NCBI GenBank assembly: GCA_017397955.1
Contig: JAFQHL010000031.1
Location: forward strand, 8,191-72,190
DNA length: 64,000 bases
From: Clostridia bacterium
GTDB taxonomy: Bacteria > Bacillota > Clostridia > Oscillospirales > CAG-382
Direction: 5' to 3'
The position numbers and the translations under genes are program-made. Of the stretch, positions 58,894-64,000 are shown in pieces (positions within the stretch are counted from its first letter, which is position 1; every line of letters begins with the position of its first letter). The notes under the pieces were generated by a model. The model saw nothing but the letters and a program-made list of their open reading frames with translations. It searched no databases and was not told the origin of the DNA.

Positions 58894-59541
58894 TTACAGT
58901 AAAATTTTGTCAAGTTCCGAAAAATTTGCCGCTACGGCAGCGGCGCCTGTTTCTGTAAGCTCGTCCCTGAATATGCTGCCGTTAACTATCCCCACACAGG
59001 GTATACCGTTATCCGCCGCGCCTTCTATGTCATAACAGCGGTCTCCTATCATAACACAATCTTTCGCGCTTGCACCTGCCATTTCCATGGCGCGGGCTAC
59101 TATGGCGGCTTTGCTCAGGTGCGCATCGCTGAAGCTTGCGGCAGAGATATGGCTGAAATATTTGTCCACCTTTAGGTATTCCAAAACGGTTTTTACAAAA
59201 GGCAAGGGCTTTGAGGATGCTATAAGCAACACTTTGCCCTGTTGCACTGCTTTTTCAAAAAACTCTGCTGCGCCTGCATACAGACTGTTTTGGTATATTC
59301 CTTTTGCTTTGTAATGCTCTCTGTAAAGTTTTATGGTTTCCTCCACTCGTTCTTCTTCTATACCCGCATAGGTCATAAAGGAATATTTAAGCGGCGGACC
59401 TAAAAATTTTGCCATTGTTTTGCTGTCCGGCACAGGCACGCCTTGTTTTTCCATGGCGTAGGTAGCGGATGCTATAACACCGGGGGCAGAGTCGGTAACC
59501 GTACCGTCCAGGTCAAAAAGCAAATATTTTTTGTTTTTCAT
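58894..59541 (-). CDS. HAD-superfamily hydrolase (5'-nucleotidase/phosphoglycolate phosphatase-like)
   Basis: FDLDGTVTDS, GPPL, SSKP, IGDR; start at ATG 59541. Confidence 0.9.
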   Translation of the reverse strand: MKNKKYLLFDLDGTVTDSAPGVIASATYAMEKQGVPVPDSKTMAKFLGPPLKYSFMTYAGIEEERVEETIKLYREHYKAKGIYQNSLYAGAAEFFEKAVQQGKVLLIASSKPLPFVKTVLEYLKVDKYFSHISAASFSDAHLSKAAIVARAMEMAGASAKDCVMIGDRCYDIEGAADNGIPCVGIVNGSIFRDELTETGAAAVAANFSELDKILL

Positions 59542-59653
59542 AAAAAACGCACCTCCAAACATTATAATTATAACTCAAAACCGCGGTGATTACAATAAGG
59601 TGCTTGCAAATTTTGCGTTTTGGCTGTATAATAACTGTAAAGGCGGTGCTTTT

Positions 59654-60877
59654 ATGAAAAGAGTTTGCGTAATAGGCGGCGGCGCGGCAGGGATGATGGC
59701 GGCATATTTTGCGGCTTGCGGCGGTGCGGCGGTAACCCTTATAGAAAAGAACGATTTTTGCGGTAAAAAAATAAATATAACGGGCAAGGGGCGTTGCAAT
59801 GTGACAAATCTTTGCGACGTGGCGGAGTTTATTAAAAATGTGCCCACAAACCCCCGTTTTCTGTACAAAGCTTTGAACAATCTTAGCCCCGAGGACACTA
59901 TGGCGTTGTTTGAGGGCTTTGGCGTGCCCTTGAAGGTGGAGCGCGGCAGGAGAGTGTTCCCCGTGAGTGACAAGGCGGCGGATATATCGGCGGCGCTGAA
60001 AAACGCTTGCGCCGATGCGGGCGTTAAAATCCTCCACGGAAAAGCGCAAAGTATACAGATAAGCGAAGGCGCCGTTGTCGGGGTGAGTCTGCAAGGTGGC
60101 AGGACAATCAAATGTGAAAGCGTGGTTGTTGCCACGGGCGGTGCATCTTATCCCCGCACGGGCAGCGACGGCGACGGCTATCGCTTCGCACAGTCTGCAG
60201 GGCATACCGTAACGCCGCTGAGTCCGTCCTTGGTACCGCTTGTAACCAAAGAGCCGTGGTGTGCCGAATGTATGGGGCTTTCCCTCAAAAACGTTAACCT
60301 AAGCTTTTACAGGGACAGCAAGTTGCTGTACGGAGAGCAAGGGGAAATGCTGTTTACTCATTTTGGCATAAGCGGTCCGCTGGTGCTTTCCGCTTCTTCG
60401 CATCTGGGCGATTGTGACGGGGTAGAGGGTAGAATAGACCTTAAGCCCGCACTGGACAGCGAAACGCTGGATAAGCGCATACTGCGGGATTTCGGTGAGG
60501 CGAAGAATAAGGATTTTGCCAACAGCCTTGGTGCGCTTCTGCCCCAAAAGCTTATACCCGTGGTGGTGCGCCAAAGCGGTATTGACCCACACAAAAAGGT
60601 TAATTCCGTTACTAAAGAGGAAAGGCGCGCCCTTGCGGAGCTTATAAAGGGCTTAAAGCTGACCGTAACGGGTAAGCGACCGATTGACGAAGCCATTGTT
60701 ACCGCCGGCGGTGTTTCGGTTAAAGAAATCAACCCGTCTACTATGGAATCTAAGCTGGTAAGCGGCTTGTTCTTTGCAGGCGAGGTTATAGACGTGGACG
60801 CTTACACGGGCGGATATAATCTGCAAATAGCCTTTTCTACGGGTGCCTTGGCAGGCGAAAACGCGGCATTTGAATAG
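59654..60877 (+). CDS. HI0933/BaiN (YhiN) family flavoprotein
   Basis: GGGAAG, TGKGRCNVTN, ATGGASYP, FTHFGISGP, TAGGV, TGGYNLQ. Confidence 0.93.
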   Translation: MKRVCVIGGGAAGMMAAYFAACGGAAVTLIEKNDFCGKKINITGKGRCNVTNLCDVAEFIKNVPTNPRFLYKALNNLSPEDTMALFEGFGVPLKVERGRRVFPVSDKAADISAALKNACADAGVKILHGKAQSIQISEGAVVGVSLQGGRTIKCESVVVATGGASYPRTGSDGDGYRFAQSAGHTVTPLSPSLVPLVTKEPWCAECMGLSLKNVNLSFYRDSKLLYGEQGEMLFTHFGISGPLVLSASSHLGDCDGVEGRIDLKPALDSETLDKRILRDFGEAKNKDFANSLGALLPQKLIPVVVRQSGIDPHKKVNSVTKEERRALAELIKGLKLTVTGKRPIDEAIVTAGGVSVKEINPSTMESKLVSGLFFAGEVIDVDAYTGGYNLQIAFSTGALAGENAAFE

Positions 60878-60885
60878 ATAAAACA

Positions 60886-60910
60886 AAACGGGGCTGCAAA
60901 AAGCAGCCCC
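60886..60910. terminator. GC-rich hairpin after the flavoprotein gene (T-tract on the minus strand)
   Basis: AAAAC-GGGGCTGC-AAAAA-GCAGCCCC. Confidence 0.6.
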
Positions 60911-61034
60911 AACACTTTAATTATAGCGCAACTTGCGGCAAAAAGTCAATATAAAATCGTAGCCTTTTGGGCGTATTTGCCAATATTCTGCTCTTTGCAC
61001 AAAAACTTTTTATTAAATTTGTATAAAATGTGTA

Positions 61035-61063
61035 TTGAAAACGGGCTAAAACTGTGTTATTAT
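61035..61063 (+). promoter_or_regulatory. Sigma-A promoter, unit 1
   Basis: TTGAAA-17 bp-TATTAT with TGn extension; conserved in unit 2. Confidence 0.75.
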
Positions 61064-61347
61064 AAAGGCACAGGAAGGGTGAGTCCAATGTACACAAAAA
61101 GACAAAGCCCCAAAGTAACAGGCAGGTAGTTGCCGCCGCCCATGGCAGGATAGCCAAATAAAGTTGTTAGGCGGTGCGCTTGTTACAACGAACGGGGCGG
61201 TAAGATGTATTAACATCGCTTGGGAAGCTTTCTTAGAATTGCCGACAGTTTTTTCTTACTTAAAAGAATGTTTAACCAAAGGTTAAAATGTGGGCGGCAT
61301 TACAAGCGGACAGATAGCGGTGTAAGCAGTAGAAAGAGAGGTAACCA

Positions 61348-61380
61348 ATGAAGTTAGATAACAAGACAGAAATGAAATGA
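61348..61380 (+). CDS. Putative 10-aa micropeptide MKLDNKTEMK
   Basis: AGAAAGAGAGGTAACCA-ATG RBS; frame, length and residues conserved in copy 2. Confidence 0.5.
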   Translation: MKLDNKTEMK

Positions 61381-61427
61381 CCCTTGGCTGCGGAACAATG
61401 GAGGCAGTCAAGGGTCATTTCATTTTT
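61370..61427 (+). terminator. Long-stem terminator, unit 1
   Basis: 22-bp stem AAATGAAATGACCCTTGGCTGC / GCAGTCAAGGGTCATTTCATTT plus T-tract. Confidence 0.85.
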
Positions 61428-61617
61428 GCTGTAAAAGCGGAAAAATCCGATAAAAAACAAAAGCGACCTGCACACAAATGTGAACAAGCGCCCAACACTT
61501 TAAGTATAACATAAGCTATGGCAAAAAGTCAATACATAATTGCAGGTTTTAGGATGTTTTGACTAATGTTCTGCCCTTTGCACAAAAACTTTTTATTAAC
61601 TTTGTATAAAACGTGCA

Positions 61618-61646
61618 TTGAAAAATGGCAAAAGCTGTGTTATTAT
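61618..61646 (+). promoter_or_regulatory. Sigma-A promoter, unit 2
   Basis: TTGAAA-17 bp-TATTAT with TGn extension. Confidence 0.75.
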
Positions 61647-61940
61647 AGAGGCACAGGAAGGGTGAGTCCAATGTACACAAAAAGACAGAACCCCAAAGTA
61701 ACAGTCAGGTAGTTGCCGCCGCCCGTGGCAGGATGTCCAAATAAAGTTGTTTAGGCGGCAAGCTTGTTACAGTAAACGGGGCGGTAAGATGTATTTACAC
61801 CGTTTGGCGTTTTTAATAGTTTACGTGTTGTCGATACTTTTTCATGTATAAGAAATATTTTCAAAGGTTAAAATAGATTTGCGGCAATGTAAACAAGTAA
61901 AAGACAAAAACGGTGCAAACCACAGAAAGTGAGGTAACCA

Positions 61941-61973
61941 ATGATGCTGGATATCAAAAATGAACTGAAATAA
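61941..61973 (+). CDS. Putative 10-aa micropeptide MMLDIKNELK
   Basis: AGAAAGTGAGGTAACCA-ATG RBS; homologous to 61348-61380. Confidence 0.5.
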   Translation: MMLDIKNELK

Positions 61974-62020
61974 CCCTTGATTGCGATAATGATAAAGCAA
62001 TCAAGGGTTATTTCTTTTTT
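61967..62020 (+). terminator. Long-stem terminator, unit 2
   Basis: 18-bp perfect stem GAAATAACCCTTGATTGC / GCAATCAAGGGTTATTTC plus TTTTTT. Confidence 0.87.
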
Positions 62021-62113
62021 GCGGCAATTTAATTATCCCGTAAGCCTATGGACTTTACGGAAGCTTAAATATAAAAATAGAGGAGCCGCAGCCCCTCTAT
62101 ATTTTTTGCAAAC

Positions 62114-62647
62114 TTAATAGTTTTCTTTTCTCATTTCAAAGAAGCTTTGAGGATGTGCACAAACGGGGCACATTGCAGGAGCTTTTTTGCCTATTACTAA
62201 ATGACCGCAGTTGCGGCATTCCCACATAATTTCCTCGCTCTTTTCAAACACAGCCTGCATATCCACATTGTTAAGCAGTGCGCGGTAGCGTTCTTCGTGA
62301 GATTTTTCTATAGCGGCAACCATGCGGAACTGCGCGGCAAGCGCGGTAAAGCCTTCTTCTTCCGCATCCTTGGCAAAACGGTCGTACATATCTGTCCACT
62401 CGTAGTTTTCACCTTCTGCGGCGTGAAGCAGATTCTCGGAGGTGTTGCCCAGCTCACCAAGTGCCTTGAACCAAAGTTTAGCGTGCTCTTTTTCGTTATC
62501 AGCTGTTTTTTGGAAAATCTCTGCTATTTGTTCATAGCCTTCTTTTTTTGCAACTGAGGCAAAATAGGTATACTTGTTTCTTGCCTGACTTTCGCCTGCA
62601 AACGCTTCCCATAAGTTCTTTTCTGTTTTTGTACCTTTAAGTTCCAT
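62114..62647 (-). CDS. rbr: Rubrerythrin
   Basis: [28 protein letters not shown]...CPVC. Confidence 0.96.
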   Translation of the reverse strand: MELKGTKTEKNLWEAFAGESQARNKYTYFASVAKKEGYEQIAEIFQKTADNEKEHAKLWFKALGELGNTSENLLHAAEGENYEWTDMYDRFAKDAEEEGFTALAAQFRMVAAIEKSHEERYRALLNNVDMQAVFEKSEEIMWECRNCGHLVIGKKAPAMCPVCAHPQSFFEMRKENY

Positions 62648-62792
62648 AATATCCTCCTAAAAAGCGAATTTTTACACTCCGATTATAGCAAATTAAGGAC
62701 AGTATTGCAAGCCCTTTTTGTTGACAAAAAAACAAAATAGTGCTAATATATAATAAGTTTAGTATGTTTACTTTGGGAAGGTAGGTAAAACT

Positions 62793-64000
62793 GTGGCAAA
62801 AATAGTGGTTTTTGACGGCAACAGTATACTTAACAGAGCGTATTACGGCATCCGTCCTCTAAGCACCGCTACGGGTATCCCCACAAACGCTGTTTATGGG
62901 TTTATTAACATCATCCTTAAGAATTTAAAAATGTGCGGAGATGCAGAGTTTGGTGCCGTAGCTTTTGATTTGCGTGCGCCTACATTTAGACACAAAATGT
63001 TTGAGGGCTATAAAGCCAATCGTCACGGTATGCCCGATGACCTTGCGGCACAGCTACCCTACGCCAAGCAGGCGGCAGAGTTCTTAGGGCTTAGGGTTCT
63101 TGAAAAAGAGGGCTACGAGGCGGATGATATCCTTGGTACGCTGGCGGCAAAATCCTGCGCTGAGGGTACGGAATGTATTATAGTTACAGGCGACAGAGAC
63201 AGCCTTCAGCTTATAAACGACTGCACTACCGTTTACCTTGCCGCCACCAACGAAACGAAGATTTTTGACCGCGCCGCGTTTAACGAAAAATACGGTGTGC
63301 AGCCCGAAGTGTTTGTGGATGTAAAGGCGCTTATGGGTGACAGCAGTGACAATATCCCCGGCGTAAAGGGGATAGGAGAGAAGGGTGCGCTTAAGCTGAT
63401 TTCCCAATACGGCAGCCTTGACGGTGTATATGAGGCTGTTGATGATATAAAGGGTAGTGTGGGTGAAAAGCTTCGTGCCGATAAAGACAACGCTTATCTC
63501 AGCCGGAAGTTGGCGGCTATTTGCAAGGAAGTACCCTTGGAAATTATGGTTTCCGATTGCCTTATACAGCGCAAGGACAAAGAGCTGTTGGAGCTTTGCA
63601 AAACTCTTGAGCTTAGTGGTATCGTCGAGCGTTTGGGTCTGAAAGCAGAGGAGCTCGCACCCCAAATTCAGGAAGAAGAGTTTAAAACCTTGGATGCACA
63701 GACGGCGGCAAAGGAATATATGACCGCAAACAAGGTTTATATATACGTGTGTGACAAAATGGTTTACGCTACCGACGGTAAGGGCGTAAATGTTTGCACT
63801 CCCTTTGTGGATGCAGAGGACTTTTTTGCCGCGGTAGAGGGAAAAAGCGTTTTTTGGATGTATAAGGAAACGGCAGAGGCGGCACGAAAGGCGGGCTTTG
63901 ACATAAATCCGCCCCATGGTGACGTGTCCTTGCTTGCCTATTTGGTAAACCCCATAGAGGGCGGTCAAAGCACCCCCGTAAGGGCGGCTAAGGCAATAGG
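62793..64000 (+). CDS. polA: DNA polymerase I (5' part; continues beyond window)
   Basis: Manual translation from GTG 62793: MAKIVVFDGNSILNRAYYG...TNAVYGF...YKANR...EADD...TGDRD...GDSSDNIPGVKGIGEK, the 5'-3' exonuclease domain. Confidence 0.95.
   Translation, partial: MAKIVVFDGNSILNRAYYGIRPLSTATGIPTNAVYGFINIILKNLKMCGDAEFGAVAFDLRAPTFRHKMFEGYKANRHGMPDDLAAQLPYAKQAAEFLGLRVLEKEGYEADDILGTLAAKSCAEGTECIIVTGDRDSLQLINDCTTVYLAATNETKIFDRAAFNEKYGVQPEVFVDVKALMGDSSDNIPGVKGIGEKGALKLISQYGSLDGVYEAVDDIKGSVGEKLRADKDNAYLSRKLAAICKEVPLEIMVSDCLIQRKDKELLELCKTLELSGIVERLGLKAEELAPQIQEEEFKTLDAQTAAKEYMTANKVYIYVCDKMVYATDGKGVNVCTPFVDAEDFFAAVEGKSVFWMYKETAEAARKAGFDINPPHGDVSLLAYLVNPIEGGQSTPVRAAKAI

Larger units (their letters stand above)
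61069..61427 (+). ncRNA. Putative structured ~360-nt RNA carrying a small ORF, copy 1 (family not recognised)
   Basis: Promoter-to-terminator interval with no long ORF; nested helices GCCCC/GGGGC, GTAACAGGC/GCTTGTTAC, GCCGCC/GGCGGT. Confidence 0.6.
60908..62020 (+). repeat. Diverged tandem duplication, two units at 583-bp offset
   Basis: CCCAACACTTTAA at 60908 and 61491; 39-nt identical block at 61066-61104 and 61649-61687; collinear through the terminators. Confidence 0.93.
61652..62020 (+). ncRNA. Putative structured ~370-nt RNA carrying a small ORF, copy 2
   Basis: Paralog of 61069-61427; helices CCCC/GGGG, GTAACAG/TTGTTAC, TTGCCGCC/GGCGGCAA. Confidence 0.6.

Noticed and set aside
61127-61213. 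Amber read-through of the 13-codon ORF into a longer peptide
   Set aside because: Copy 1 has a second TAG seven codons later and copy 2 has a 1-nt insertion, so the frame is not conserved
61069-61427. tmRNA, RNase P RNA or T-box as the identity of the ~360-nt unit
   Set aside because: No GGGG...CCA tRNA-like ends or Ala-ending tag, no GAGGAAAGUCC motif, no GGUGGUACCGCG T-box and no downstream gene; a cmscan is still needed to exclude divergent families
60921-61487. Minus-strand ORFs 60921..61157 and 61272..61487
   Set aside because: No recognisable features and no equivalent ORFs in the second repeat copy
63084-63968. 294-aa minus-strand ORF
   Set aside because: Antisense shadow of polA, which the ORF track missed because it runs off the window

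Overview
Chromosomal segment of a Clostridia-type (Bacillota) bacterium, probably an uncultured gut or rumen lineage; this is inferred from gene order, sigma-A promoters, dockerins and PxTG sorting signals. Most of it is housekeeping: ylxM-ffh-rpsP-khpA-rimM, ahcY/GH4/ROK/cysE, a complete shikimate-Phe/Tyr operon, pdxK, mscL, two Clp ATPases, truA-ecfTAA, ruvCAB, acpP, nagA, dapF, ung, uppP, ftsK, a GtrA/oxidoreductase/GT-C glycosylation module, rubrerythrin and the 5' part of polA. Accessory-looking parts are three neighbouring dockerin-bearing secreted proteins (5.7-12.2 kb), GTAG-type REP/REPIN elements, an orphan excisionase-like gene and a repeat-rich wall-anchored protein. The most unusual feature is at 60.9-62.0 kb: two diverged tandem copies (583-bp offset) of an unannotated ~360-nt transcription unit. 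Each copy has a consensus promoter, a conserved structured 5' RNA domain, a conserved 10-aa small ORF with a strong RBS (MKLDNKTEMK / MMLDIKNELK) and a covarying terminator. Other oddities are an in-frame TyrA-DAHP synthase fusion with an internal RBS, a P-type ATPase with decayed catalytic motifs and a Clp ATPase with a degenerate second AAA ring. All calls come from reading the sequence; no database searches were run.
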